64,000 nucleotides of DNA, from NCBI GenBank assembly GCA_034520665.1, contig JAXHNJ010000001.1, forward strand, positions 2,579 through 66,578. Reading direction: 5' to 3'. The notes under the pieces were generated by a model that had not been told where the DNA came from, did not search any database, and was given only the letters and a program-made list of their open reading frames with translations. The translations under genes were made by a program, and so were the position numbers. Source of the DNA: Patescibacteria group bacterium. GTDB lineage: Bacteria; Patescibacteriota; Patescibacteriia; JAXHNJ01. Each line of letters starts with the position of its first letter. Within the stretch, counting starts at the first letter, position 1. Below, piece by piece: positions 28,200 through 37,973 of this stretch.

Positions 28200-28913
28200 T
28201 TATATTTTATTACGAGCAATAACCAAGCCTTTTACATCTTTAGCTCCAGCTTTTTTTAAGGCTTTAGCGGCTTCATTCATAGTAGCGCCGGTAGTGTAAA
28301 CATCATCTATAAGAATAGCAGTTTTACCTAAAATTTCAAGTTTTTGGCTTACTTTAAAGGCATTTTCCAGGTTTTTTTGTCTTTGTTTAGCTTTTAGCTT
28401 AATCTGTGATTTTGTATTTTTAGTTCTTTTTAAGGAATTTTCGGATAAATATATATTAGTAATTTTTGAAAGTTCCTTGGCAATAATTAAGGCTTGATTA
28501 AAGCCTCGCCACTTTTCTCTTTTTTTATGCAAAGGAATAGGAATAATAACTGAATTTTTGAGAAAATTATAATCATTGTTTTGTAAGTGGAAGTTAATTA
28601 TAAGGTTAAAAAATTTTTTTAAGTCTCGGGCGTATTTATATTTTAAAGAATGTATGGCCTTTTCTATTATTTGATCCTGATAATCACAAATTACTACTAA
28701 TGATTTTAGTTTAATATTTTTTTGACATATAAAACAAACTTGACCTTGGTTTGAAGGTTTTCGGCAAACTGGACAAACTTGTTTTTTATTAAATTTTATT
28801 TGATTTAGACAAGTTTGACAAAGCCATTGGCCTTCCTTTCCGCAACCCAGACAAGTGACCGGAAATAAAAGGTCAAGTAAAAATATGGCCGCTTTTCTTA
28901 ATTTATTTTTCAT
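28200..28913 (-). CDS. comFC: ComF family competence protein / phosphoribosyltransferase (ComFC)
   Basis: N-terminal double zinc ribbon (CLGC...CQTC, CPVC...CFIC) plus PRTase motif ILIDDVYTTGATM. Confidence 0.8.
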   Translation of the reverse strand: MKNKLRKAAIFLLDLLFPVTCLGCGKEGQWLCQTCLNQIKFNKKQVCPVCRKPSNQGQVCFICQKNIKLKSLVVICDYQDQIIEKAIHSLKYKYARDLKKFFNLIINFHLQNNDYNFLKNSVIIPIPLHKKREKWRGFNQALIIAKELSKITNIYLSENSLKRTKNTKSQIKLKAKQRQKNLENAFKVSQKLEILGKTAILIDDVYTTGATMNEAAKALKKAGAKDVKGLVIARNKI

Positions 28914-28972
28914 AAAAAAGTCTGGCCTTAATGATTAATTAAGGCTAAAAATTCTACTCTAAGCCACCAAAA

Positions 28973-31471
28973 TTATTTTTTTTCTAATTTAATTTCACCT
29001 TTTTTTAATTTTACGGCTACTTTATCAGAAATGTCAACTTGGCCTTCAAGTATTTTTTGAGCCAAGGGATTTTCTACTTTTTCCTGGATTAGTTTTCTAA
29101 CGGCTCTGGCTCCTTCATCGGGAGAAAAAGCTTCTTTGGCCATAGCTTTTTTGGCTCGGCTACTTAAGTCTAAGGTAATACCTTTATCTTTTAATCTTTC
29201 TTCCAGTTCCTGGATTTGCAGATTAACAATTTTCTCCACGGCTTTTTTATCCAGAGGCTTAAAAACAATAATTTTATCGACGCGGTTTAAAAATTCTGGC
29301 CGAAATTCTTTTTTTAAATCTTTAAGAATATTCTCCTTAGTTTTTTCGTAATTTTTTTCGGCTTTTTCTTTATCTTTTTTATCAGACTCAAATCCGACAT
29401 CAGCCAACTGGTTAAGGTTTTCTAAGCCAATATTGGAGGTCATTATAATAATGGTATTTTTAAAGTTAATTTTTTTGCCGACACTATCAGTAAGATGGCC
29501 GTCTTCCATAATCTGCAGTAGTAAATTAAAGACGTCCGGATGAGCTTTTTCTATTTCGTCGAAAAGTACCACGGAATAAGGCTTTCTTTTGACCTGATCG
29601 GTTAATTTAGTCGATTCTTTGTAGCCAACATAGCCGGCCGGAGCTCCGATTAATTTTGAGGTATTAAATTTTTCCGAAAATTCAGACATATCAATGCGAA
29701 TTAAAGCCTCTTCGTCTTCAAATACAATACTGGTTAAAACCTTTGCTAGCTCTGTTTTGCCGACTCCAGAAGGACCCAGAAAAATAAATGAACCTAAGGG
29801 ACGCCTTGGGTGTGAAAGACCGACTCGGGAGCGACGGATAAAATCAGAAACTTTGTTCACAGCTTCGTCCTGACCGACTATAAATTTCTCTATCTTTTTT
29901 TCCATATTGATTAGTCTTTCTTTTTCAGATTTTACTAACTCAGATAAAGGCACGCCGGTTATTTTTGAAATTATTTCAGCTATGTCTTTTTCTTTAATCT
30001 CGCCAACCATCTTTTTATTTTTTTGGGCTAATTCTTCCATTAGTTTATGAATGCTGGCTCTTAGATTTTTTTCCTCCTCTTTTTTATAAATAGCTTTCTT
30101 AAAGTTTTCCATCTGGACGGCTTTTGCCTTTTCTTGAATAAGCTTTTTTAAGTCTTTCTCTTTTTTTCTTATCTTTTTTTGCAAAGGCGAGGGTTTGACA
30201 CTAACTTTAATTTTAGAAGCGGCTTCATCAATCAAATCAATAGCTTTATCAGGCAGAAATTTATCTTGAATATAACGGCTGGAGAGTTTTACCGCGGCCT
30301 GAATAGCTTTTGGTGTAATAGTGACACGGTGATATTTTTCAAAATTATCCTTAATGCCCTCAAGGATTTTAATAGTTTCTTCTGGTGTAGACTGACGAAC
30401 AATAATAGACTGAAATCTTCTCTCTAAAGCCGGATCAGACTCGATATTTTTTTTGTATTCCTCCATAGTGGTAGCGCCAATAGTACGGATTTGGCCCTTG
30501 GCTAAGGCCGGTTTTAAAATATTAGCCGCATCCATTGAACCAGAAGCACTGCCAGTGCCCATAATATTATGTATTTCATCAATAAAAAGTATATTACGCT
30601 TATCTGACTTTATTTCCTCAATCAGTTGTCTTACGCGACTTTCAAATTCACCGCGATAAACAGTGCCGGCAATAACTAGGCTTAAATCAAGTGAGAGAAT
30701 TTTTTTGTCTTTGAGTATTTCTGGTACTTCGTCTTTAATTATTTTTTTAGCTAAACCTTCTATAATAGCAGTTTTACCGACTCCGGGATCGCCGATTAAA
30801 ATGGGGTTATTTTTTGTACGACGCGATAAAATATGAATTAGCCTTTCTATTTCTTTTTCTCGGCCAATAACCGGATCAATATTTTTCTGGAGTTTTTCAT
30901 CAGTTAAATTAGTGGCAAAAAAGTCTAAAGCCGGTGTTTTACTGGGTTTGGGAGCGGCTGGCACTTTTTCTTTTTCTTCACTTTCTTCAAAAAACCCGGT
31001 TAAATCAGGAAATTTAGAAGTACTTTTTAATATAGAGGAAATTCTTTTTTTAATTTCTTTTTTACTAATACTATTTTTTATTAAAATCTCCTCTATTTTT
31101 TTATTGTTTAATTCAATTAAAGAAATCAGGAGATGTTCAGTACCGACATATTTATGATTATATTTATTAGCCAGCAAGACTGCTTTTTCCAATACTTTTT
31201 TGGCCGGGGATGAAAATTTTAGATCCTCGTTTTTTAATGCTTTTTCAGAAATAGGGTTAATGGTATTATCTATATGATCTTTTATATTTTCCGGTTTTAG
31301 ATTTATCTTTTTTAAAATATCATAAGAAATACTGCCGCGACTAGAAGCTAGGCCATAAAGCAAATGTTCTAAATTTATTTGTTTATGGCGCATTTGCCAG
31401 GCCAAACTAGCCCCTGTTTTTAGAGATTTTTTTAGATGTTTAGTTAATTTATGTAGAATAGGGATATCCAT
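28973..31471 (-). CDS. clpC: Clp/Hsp100 AAA+ chaperone, ClpC/ClpB family ATP-binding subunit
   Basis: Clp_N repeats. Two AAA modules with Walker A GDPGVGKT and GPSGVGKT. Sensor motifs. 832 aa. Confidence 0.9.
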   Translation of the reverse strand: MDIPILHKLTKHLKKSLKTGASLAWQMRHKQINLEHLLYGLASSRGSISYDILKKINLKPENIKDHIDNTINPISEKALKNEDLKFSSPAKKVLEKAVLLANKYNHKYVGTEHLLISLIELNNKKIEEILIKNSISKKEIKKRISSILKSTSKFPDLTGFFEESEEKEKVPAAPKPSKTPALDFFATNLTDEKLQKNIDPVIGREKEIERLIHILSRRTKNNPILIGDPGVGKTAIIEGLAKKIIKDEVPEILKDKKILSLDLSLVIAGTVYRGEFESRVRQLIEEIKSDKRNILFIDEIHNIMGTGSASGSMDAANILKPALAKGQIRTIGATTMEEYKKNIESDPALERRFQSIIVRQSTPEETIKILEGIKDNFEKYHRVTITPKAIQAAVKLSSRYIQDKFLPDKAIDLIDEAASKIKVSVKPSPLQKKIRKKEKDLKKLIQEKAKAVQMENFKKAIYKKEEEKNLRASIHKLMEELAQKNKKMVGEIKEKDIAEIISKITGVPLSELVKSEKERLINMEKKIEKFIVGQDEAVNKVSDFIRRSRVGLSHPRRPLGSFIFLGPSGVGKTELAKVLTSIVFEDEEALIRIDMSEFSEKFNTSKLIGAPAGYVGYKESTKLTDQVKRKPYSVVLFDEIEKAHPDVFNLLLQIMEDGHLTDSVGKKINFKNTIIIMTSNIGLENLNQLADVGFESDKKDKEKAEKNYEKTKENILKDLKKEFRPEFLNRVDKIIVFKPLDKKAVEKIVNLQIQELEERLKDKGITLDLSSRAKKAMAKEAFSPDEGARAVRKLIQEKVENPLAQKILEGQVDISDKVAVKLKKGEIKLEKK

Positions 31472-31548
31472 ATTTAAAATTGATTTAAAAATAAATTAGC
31501 AAACTATAGTATAACTAATAGATTGCTTACTGTCAAGAAAAAAGAAAT

Positions 31549-31738
31549 ACTCCGATGCCCTCCCGGTCCGCCGCACAAGACTTTGGCAGGCGGGGCCTCG
31601 GAGCTTGACCATTAATAAAGATTTGGCTGCGCTGAGTCCTGCACGCCGAAGCCTATCATATTATTAGTTTACTTATAATTTAGGCTCCGCTATCCTTTCC
31701 CAAGGCCAAGCATTGGGGCTTTGCCGCGGAGGCGTGTC
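31549..31738. ncRNA. GC-rich structured island (~190 nt) in an AT-rich intergenic region; probable small ncRNA of undetermined class
   Basis: Multiple complementary GC blocks (ctccga/tcggag, ccgcc/ggcgg, cacgcc/ggcgtg, cccaagg/ccttggg) between the clpC start and the htpX stop. No ORF. Confidence 0.4.
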
Positions 31739-31758
31739 AAAAAATGAAGTATTTAATT

Positions 31759-32655
31759 TTACATATTTCTTAAGGCTTTAATTCTTTTTTCAACTGGCGG
31801 ATGAGTGGAGAAAAACTTTTTAAAACCTTTTTTAGCTTTGGCTCCAAAAGGGTTAGAGATAAAAAGATGAGCGGTAGCACTAGTAGCTTTTTTCATAGGC
31901 TTATTATATTGGGATATTTTTTCTAAAGCATTAGCTAAGCCTTCCGGATAGCGAGTAATCAGAGAGCCGGAAGCATCAGCCAGATATTCCCTTTTTCTAG
32001 AAATAGCAAACTGAATTAATTTGGCAAAAATGGGAGAAAGAATTAAAAAAACTAAACTGACAATCATTAAAATACCACCTAGGCGGCCGCCACCACTACT
32101 CCGATTCCTTCGCCCGCCAATAATTCGAAAGCGGATAAACCAGTGGCCAATAAGCATAATCGTCCCCACTAAAACAATTACTATGGTCATTAAACGAATA
32201 TCATAATTTTTAATATGGGATAGTTCATGAGCAATAACCCCCTCTAATTCTTCATTTTCTAATTTATCAACCAATCCCGAAGTTAGAGCTAAAGAAGCGT
32301 GGTCAGGATCGCGGCCGGTAGCAAAAGCGTTCAGAGCCTGATCATCAATAATATAAATATCTGGCCGGGGCAGGCCGGCTGTAATGCATAAGTTTTCTAC
32401 CAGACGATAAACATAAGGATTATCTTTTTTTCCAATCGGTTTGGCGCCAGCTGTCCAGAGAGCGATTGAGTCTCCCCGAAAAAAGCTAAGCAGGGTCATA
32501 AAAACAGCCAAACCAAAAGCTAAGGAAAGACCAGTATAGCCGATACCCATATAATAACCGGCAAAATAGCCGACCGCTAAAACTAAAATAACAAAAACAG
32601 CTATTAAAAAAAAGCTTCTTCTTTTATTACTTTTAATAATGTCGTAAGTAGTCAT
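31759..32655 (-). CDS. htpX: Zinc metalloprotease HtpX
   Basis: HEXXH in IAHELSHIKNYD. Four TM segments. Peptidase M48 architecture. Confidence 0.9.
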   Translation of the reverse strand: MTTYDIIKSNKRRSFFLIAVFVILVLAVGYFAGYYMGIGYTGLSLAFGLAVFMTLLSFFRGDSIALWTAGAKPIGKKDNPYVYRLVENLCITAGLPRPDIYIIDDQALNAFATGRDPDHASLALTSGLVDKLENEELEGVIAHELSHIKNYDIRLMTIVIVLVGTIMLIGHWFIRFRIIGGRRNRSSGGGRLGGILMIVSLVFLILSPIFAKLIQFAISRKREYLADASGSLITRYPEGLANALEKISQYNKPMKKATSATAHLFISNPFGAKAKKGFKKFFSTHPPVEKRIKALRNM

Positions 32656-32694
32656 TATATTGACTTAGAACTGATAACTTCGAACTAATAACAA

Positions 32695-33054
32695 TTAATT
32701 ATTACGTAATTTTTTAGTAAATCCAATTAATTGCTTGCCTAGCTCTTCAGCTAATAAAATGTAATCTTGGTGTTCATTTTTTGAAATATATTTTTCATCT
32801 AAAGCTATATCTAAACAGGCGATCACTTCTTCTAGTGAACTGGATGAATTTATTAAAAAACGGCCAAAATCTTTATCTGACATTCTGTTTGAGCCCTCGG
32901 CGATATTTAAGAGAATAGAATTAGCGGCTCTTTTAATTTGAGAAGTCAAATTGTATATTTCTTCTTTGGGAAACTTATTTGCTAAGAGATATACAGCTTT
33001 TCTAAAACGGCGGGCGTCTTTATAAACAGGAAATTTTCTAAAACGAAACAACAT
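32695..33054 (-). CDS. Four-helix-bundle protein (23S rRNA intervening-sequence protein family)
   Basis: Characteristic EEIYNLTSQIKRAANSILLNIAEGSNR...LEEV pattern. ~119 aa. Confidence 0.7.
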   Translation of the reverse strand: MLFRFRKFPVYKDARRFRKAVYLLANKFPKEEIYNLTSQIKRAANSILLNIAEGSNRMSDKDFGRFLINSSSSLEEVIACLDIALDEKYISKNEHQDYILLAEELGKQLIGFTKKLRNN

Positions 33055-33089
33055 AAGTTTTTAGTTCTAAGTTCTAAGTACTTGGTTTA

Positions 33090-33647
33090 TTAAAAGCTAA
33101 CCTTGGGATTTTCTCTGGCTTTATCTTCGGCAATTTCAAAAAATTCTCTTTTGTTAAAACCAAGTTTTTTAGCAAAAATATTAGTGGGAAAAACTTGAAT
33201 TTTAGTGTTAAAGTCACGGACATTACCGTTGTAAAACCGGCGGGAGGCTTGGATTTTATTTTCGGTGTCGGTCAATTCATCTTGAAGCTTAGCAAAGTTA
33301 TTTGAAGCTTTGAGGTCCGGATAGTTTTCAGCCACGGCAAAAAGACTTTTCAAAGCCCCTTTAAGCATGTTCTCGGCTTGTCCCTGCTGCTTTGGTCCTT
33401 CCGCTTGCATGGCTTGTGAACGGGCTTGGGTTACTTTTTCAAAAACTCCCTTTTCATGCGCGGCGTAACCTTTAACAGTTTTCACTAAATTTGGAATCAG
33501 GTTATAGCGCCTCTTGAGCTGAACATCAATATCTGACCAGGCTTCATTAACCTGATTTTTTTTGCTGATCAGAGAATTATAAACAGCAATCAGCCAGAAG
33601 ATAGCGATGAAAAGAAGACCTAAGATTATCCATATGATATAAGACAT
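33090..33647 (-). CDS. lemA: LemA family protein
   Basis: N-terminal TM and conserved LemA segments (RRYNLIPNLVKTVKGYAAHE, RRFYNGNVRDFNTKIQVFPTNIFA). Confidence 0.85.
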   Translation of the reverse strand: MSYIIWIILGLLFIAIFWLIAVYNSLISKKNQVNEAWSDIDVQLKRRYNLIPNLVKTVKGYAAHEKGVFEKVTQARSQAMQAEGPKQQGQAENMLKGALKSLFAVAENYPDLKASNNFAKLQDELTDTENKIQASRRFYNGNVRDFNTKIQVFPTNIFAKKLGFNKREFFEIAEDKARENPKVSF

Positions 33648-33675
33648 ATATTTCCTTTCTATTCTTTTTTAATAA

Positions 33676-34200
33676 TTAATTAATTTTTTCAATGCGTGAA
33701 GCCATAAACTCTTCTTTGTATTTTATATTTTCTTTAGCATAAACCAATACCCGATCGCCTTTTTTTAGGTCTTTTCTTTCTATGGAGTTTAGAGCTTCAC
33801 TTTCTCCTTGGTGTCCGTATTTATAAATTATAGCCATGTTTTTTTTATAAAAAGAGGTGTCAGTATTTAAATTGGCTTTTAAAGTGGAGAGAACGATATT
33901 ATTATCGCGGATATATTTAGCTTCAAAAATTATGTAATTTTCTTTTACTTCTTTTACTCTACCGGAATAACTTTTTCTTATTCTTAGTTCTGCTTGACTG
34001 GGTTCGCCTTCTTTGTAATCAACCGCTCCTAAAATACGGCTACTAACCTGATTATCATCTGATGATGTTTTTTTTATCGGTGAATAATAATAACCAGCTA
34101 TAAATAAAATAACTAATATTAGTAATAAAATAAAAGAGCCTAAAATAACACTTTTTTCCGGTTTATTGAGAAGATTACTGGTTTTTTTAAATAAATTCAT
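33676..34200 (-). CDS. Hypothetical membrane-anchored protein
   Basis: N-terminal TM. No motif recognised. Confidence 0.4.
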   Translation of the reverse strand: MNLFKKTSNLLNKPEKSVILGSFILLLILVILFIAGYYYSPIKKTSSDDNQVSSRILGAVDYKEGEPSQAELRIRKSYSGRVKEVKENYIIFEAKYIRDNNIVLSTLKANLNTDTSFYKKNMAIIYKYGHQGESEALNSIERKDLKKGDRVLVYAKENIKYKEEFMASRIEKIN

Positions 34201-34300
34201 ATTTTTTATGAGGTTTTTCTTAATCTAGACAAAAACCCCTTTCTTATGTTATTATATAATTAGTTTATAGGTACTGTCAAAGACCTAATATAGGAAAAAA

Positions 34301-37300
34301 ATGAAAAATAAAAAGCTTTTTATTAGCCAGACTGGAAATTTTTATAGCATTATAATTAAAATACTGCCTATTTTAGTCATTATAGGCGGTTTTTTCTTAT
34401 TTAAGAGTGAGGCCCTAGCCTGGTCAGAACCGACTGCCGGGCCACCAGGGGGCAATATAGCGGCTCCGATAAATATTTCAGCCAGTTCACAGACAAAATT
34501 AGGTAATCTAAAAATCGGCGACAATGAAAAAGGTTTATTTTGGCTGGCTCCGAAAGATTCTGATTATAGTCCTTCAAATGCTGAAGCCGGCCAAATATAT
34601 TACAATAGTGATAATAAAATAGTTTATTTTGATGGATCATCATCATCATGGGTGGAGTTAGGAGCTGGCGGTAGTGGTGTTAACCCTTTTAAATTATATA
34701 ATGATACTCAAACTGGCTGGGCTTATTTAAAATCAAATGGTAGTAGTGAAGATCCAGATATTGATTATGCTATAAAAGGAGTAGCTGAAGATTTAGGCCC
34801 TAATGAAAGTTATGGCCTTTATGGTCAGGCTGATGGAGCTAGTGCCACCAGTTTTGGTATTTATGGTTATGATGGCGGATATTCAGGAGCTTACGCCGGT
34901 TATTTTCAAGGCAAGGTTGGTATTAGTGGTGATTTATGTTTGAATAGCAATTGCCGTTCTACTTGGCCCAGTGGTGGTGGCAGTGGTTTATGGGCTGAAA
35001 ATCCCGGGCATACTTATTTGATTGACACAGATTCAAATTTGAGTTTAGGCGGCAATACGCCGGAAGATTCTGTTTTTAATGTTGATGTTAATAATGGCGG
35101 TAGTCTGGTTATTGGTAGCCCTCTGGATGTATCAGATTCTACTTATTCTTGTGGCGACAGTATCTGTCAAACCAGTTCTTTTGGCGAGGATAATACGAAT
35201 TGTGATCAAGATTGTCCGCCTACGGGCATGGAGCCTTCTTCTCAATCGCCAACCGAAAATAGTATTACTATTTCTTGGCAAGCTGATGAAGAGCATTACG
35301 CTAGGATAGATTATACTTCGGATTTTTCGGAAAGTGTATATAGCGACTCAAGTTTACCGGACGGACAGCCGGCTGCTAGTTATAATCACGAAATATCCGG
35401 ATTAGATTCTGAAACCACTTATCATTATCGGGTAGTTGTTTGGGATGGATATAATAATTATGGATTTAGTGGAGATAAAACATTTACTACGACTACCTCC
35501 GGCTGTGGTAATGGGACTTGTGATGCTGGTGAAGATTGTGATAATTGTGGATTAGATTGTGGATGTGGTGGACAAATTTGCTGTTATCATGATAATGCTT
35601 ATACTTGTGAGGATTGTTGTGGTGGCTCTGATTGTAGTGGTGATGATTATTGTTGTACTGGTATAGATTGGCAGTGCCATGATTGTTGTGCTTCTAGTGA
35701 TTGTTTGGATGGCTATGTATGTTGTGCTGATTTTAGCTGTCATGAAAGTTGCGAAAAATACGGCGGAAAGCTTATACCTTTCGAAGAGTTAGGATCCACG
35801 GCTCTGCCCTTGAGTTATCAGAATTCAGAATTGATTAATCAGACAAAGATTTTGGGCCAAACTACTAAAAAACTGAGCCAGTCACTTTTAATTCCTGAAG
35901 CTAAAGCTTCTACAGAATGGTTTGAAAATATAATACCCGTAGCCCAGGCGGCCGCTCCCTTTGATACCGAAAATAACCGTAAATTAACAATTTACGGCGG
36001 CGTGGCGACTGTAATTAATAGCACGGATACAAATACTTACGCTTTGGAAATGGGCAAAGCCTTTGATGACGGTTTAGCTATACTGACCGGCAATAAATTA
36101 TATTTAGGCGGCAATAGTAATAATAAAATTTTGACTGTTGATACTCTTAATAGCCAGCTGCGGATGGACGGCTCTTTAGCCCGTCAGGGAGCAGAATTTT
36201 TAGGTGATAGTAATGATAGTACTAAAACTAATATTAATTTGGGTGTAACTTGGGTTGATCCCTCTAGTACACCTGAACCTGATGAAGAAAGTAAGGTTGG
36301 AGTTGATGGCAGTGATTATAAATATATTACAATTTCCGGCGGCGGCGGCAATGTGGCTGAAGGCAGAGGAACTACTGTTTCTGGAGGTATGCGTAATTTT
36401 GCTGATCGAAGAGAAGCCACAGTTTCCGGGGGTTATAGTAATCAAGCTATTGGCCATGCTTCAACTGTTTCCGGAGGGTGGGAAAATACAGCGGAAGCTA
36501 CAAAAAGTACTATTTCCGGGGGGTTAAGTAATTTAACCAGAGGCACCTATTCAGCAGTAGCTGGGGGGGTACATAATGAAGCGGATGGGTTTGGCAGTTT
36601 TGTTTCCGGAGGTGGATATAATGACGCTGAAGGAAGTTATTCATGGGCTGGCGGTTATAGCTCTCAGGCCGTCCATGAAGGTTCTTTTGTTTGGTCTGAT
36701 AATACTGAATCTTCTAATGGTTATCCATCAAAAGCCGCCTATACTTTTAATGTTTATGCCAGTGGCGGGTCATTTTTTGAAGGGGATACTAATGCTAGTA
36801 GTGGTGAGATCGCTGGAACTACTAATTTACTTACAATTAATCCTAGCGAAAATTCATCTGGTAATTATAGAAGTACTACTAATATAACTAATTATAATAG
36901 TAATAATTATTCTAATAGTGGATGGGTAACTGGTTCAAAAGATTATTCTAGGAATAATGGAAATAAAACCTTAGAAAATGTAGCTGGTAGTTTGAGCTTT
37001 GCAGTAAATAATTCAACTGGGACAATAAATCTTGCTATAGGAACATTAGGTGCAATTAAGAATAAGTCAACTGGAACAATACATAATGCTTATAGTGTTG
37101 TTGGTGATTTATTTGTTAAAGAAGGTTCTACTGTAGAAAATGCTCATATGCTTCGTGCCGAAGATCCTAATCAACTAGCTGAATATAATGGTACTATTAA
37201 TAATTTATATGGTCTTTCTATTGAAGATCAAACTTATGGTATTAATCAATGGGCAATTTATCAAGAAGGTAGTGATGATAAATCATATTTTGCCGGTAAT

Positions 37301-37879
37301 ATTGGTATTGGTAATGATAATCCTGTGGCAAAATTAACAATTAATAATGGTGTTAGTGATTCAGGTAGTTCAGGTGATGGGGTTTTTGCAGCAGTTGATA
37401 GTAGTAATGCTGCTATTTCTGGTAAGCAAACTGGTTCTGGTTACGCCGGTTATTTTTCCGGAAATGTAAAAGTGGATGGTAATTTTGAAGCGGATAATGT
37501 GGGTAGAATAACAATTACTGAACCTTATGAAGATTCTGGTATAATTGTTTCTGAAGATATTATTATTGAATATTGTGGTGATTTAGATGGTTGTAAAATA
37601 AGGCAAAGTGTATATAGTTTTGATACTAAGGGTACTCATGCTTCTAGAGATTTTTTATTTTTTTATAATCCTGATACTGGATGGTGGCGTCAAAATTATA
37701 ATGATGGAGGAGACGGGGATGCTCATAATAATGTTTCTGATACTATTACAAGGTTTTGGGAAAGTGAGTTCGTTGATGAATTTATAAATATTTATCCTTA
37801 TTATCATTTTGGATTCTATTGCCGTAATGATGATGATGGGAAGGTACCTGAGGGGTGTAAGCTTACCATTATAGATTAA
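34301..37879 (+). CDS. Giant surface protein (1192 aa): TM anchor, AGPPG motif, FN3-like domain, Cys-rich knots, YadA/Hep_Hag-like Gly-rich 14-mer repeats (xxVSGGxxNxAxGxxST)
   Basis: PTGMEPSSQSPTENSITISWQ...YHYRVVVWDG (FN3-like). CGNGTCDAGEDCDNCGLDCGCGG. Tandem TVSGG/ATVSGG/STVSGG/TISGG/AVAGG/FVSGG repeats. Confidence 0.6.
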   Translation: MKNKKLFISQTGNFYSIIIKILPILVIIGGFFLFKSEALAWSEPTAGPPGGNIAAPINISASSQTKLGNLKIGDNEKGLFWLAPKDSDYSPSNAEAGQIYYNSDNKIVYFDGSSSSWVELGAGGSGVNPFKLYNDTQTGWAYLKSNGSSEDPDIDYAIKGVAEDLGPNESYGLYGQADGASATSFGIYGYDGGYSGAYAGYFQGKVGISGDLCLNSNCRSTWPSGGGSGLWAENPGHTYLIDTDSNLSLGGNTPEDSVFNVDVNNGGSLVIGSPLDVSDSTYSCGDSICQTSSFGEDNTNCDQDCPPTGMEPSSQSPTENSITISWQADEEHYARIDYTSDFSESVYSDSSLPDGQPAASYNHEISGLDSETTYHYRVVVWDGYNNYGFSGDKTFTTTTSGCGNGTCDAGEDCDNCGLDCGCGGQICCYHDNAYTCEDCCGGSDCSGDDYCCTGIDWQCHDCCASSDCLDGYVCCADFSCHESCEKYGGKLIPFEELGSTALPLSYQNSELINQTKILGQTTKKLSQSLLIPEAKASTEWFENIIPVAQAAAPFDTENNRKLTIYGGVATVINSTDTNTYALEMGKAFDDGLAILTGNKLYLGGNSNNKILTVDTLNSQLRMDGSLARQGAEFLGDSNDSTKTNINLGVTWVDPSSTPEPDEESKVGVDGSDYKYITISGGGGNVAEGRGTTVSGGMRNFADRREATVSGGYSNQAIGHASTVSGGWENTAEATKSTISGGLSNLTRGTYSAVAGGVHNEADGFGSFVSGGGYNDAEGSYSWAGGYSSQAVHEGSFVWSDNTESSNGYPSKAAYTFNVYASGGSFFEGDTNASSGEIAGTTNLLTINPSENSSGNYRSTTNITNYNSNNYSNSGWVTGSKDYSRNNGNKTLENVAGSLSFAVNNSTGTINLAIGTLGAIKNKSTGTIHNAYSVVGDLFVKEGSTVENAHMLRAEDPNQLAEYNGTINNLYGLSIEDQTYGINQWAIYQEGSDDKSYFAGNIGIGNDNPVAKLTINNGVSDSGSSGDGVFAAVDSSNAAISGKQTGSGYAGYFSGNVKVDGNFEADNVGRITITEPYEDSGIIVSEDIIIEYCGDLDGCKIRQSVYSFDTKGTHASRDFLFFYNPDTGWWRQNYNDGGDGDAHNNVSDTITRFWESEFVDEFINIYPYYHFGFYCRNDDDGKVPEGCKLTIID

Positions 37880-37973
37880 TTTTTTTGATATTATAAATTT
37901 CAAAGAATATAATAATAGTTATCTATAGATTACCTTTATAAAATTATTATTAAAAAAATTTTTTAATTTTAAA

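Noticed and set aside
34342-37903. Multiple 60-100-aa ORFs on both strands inside the 1192-aa surface protein gene, and similar ones inside 37974..41522
   Set aside because: They are shadow frames within long repetitive Gly/Cys-rich coding sequence.
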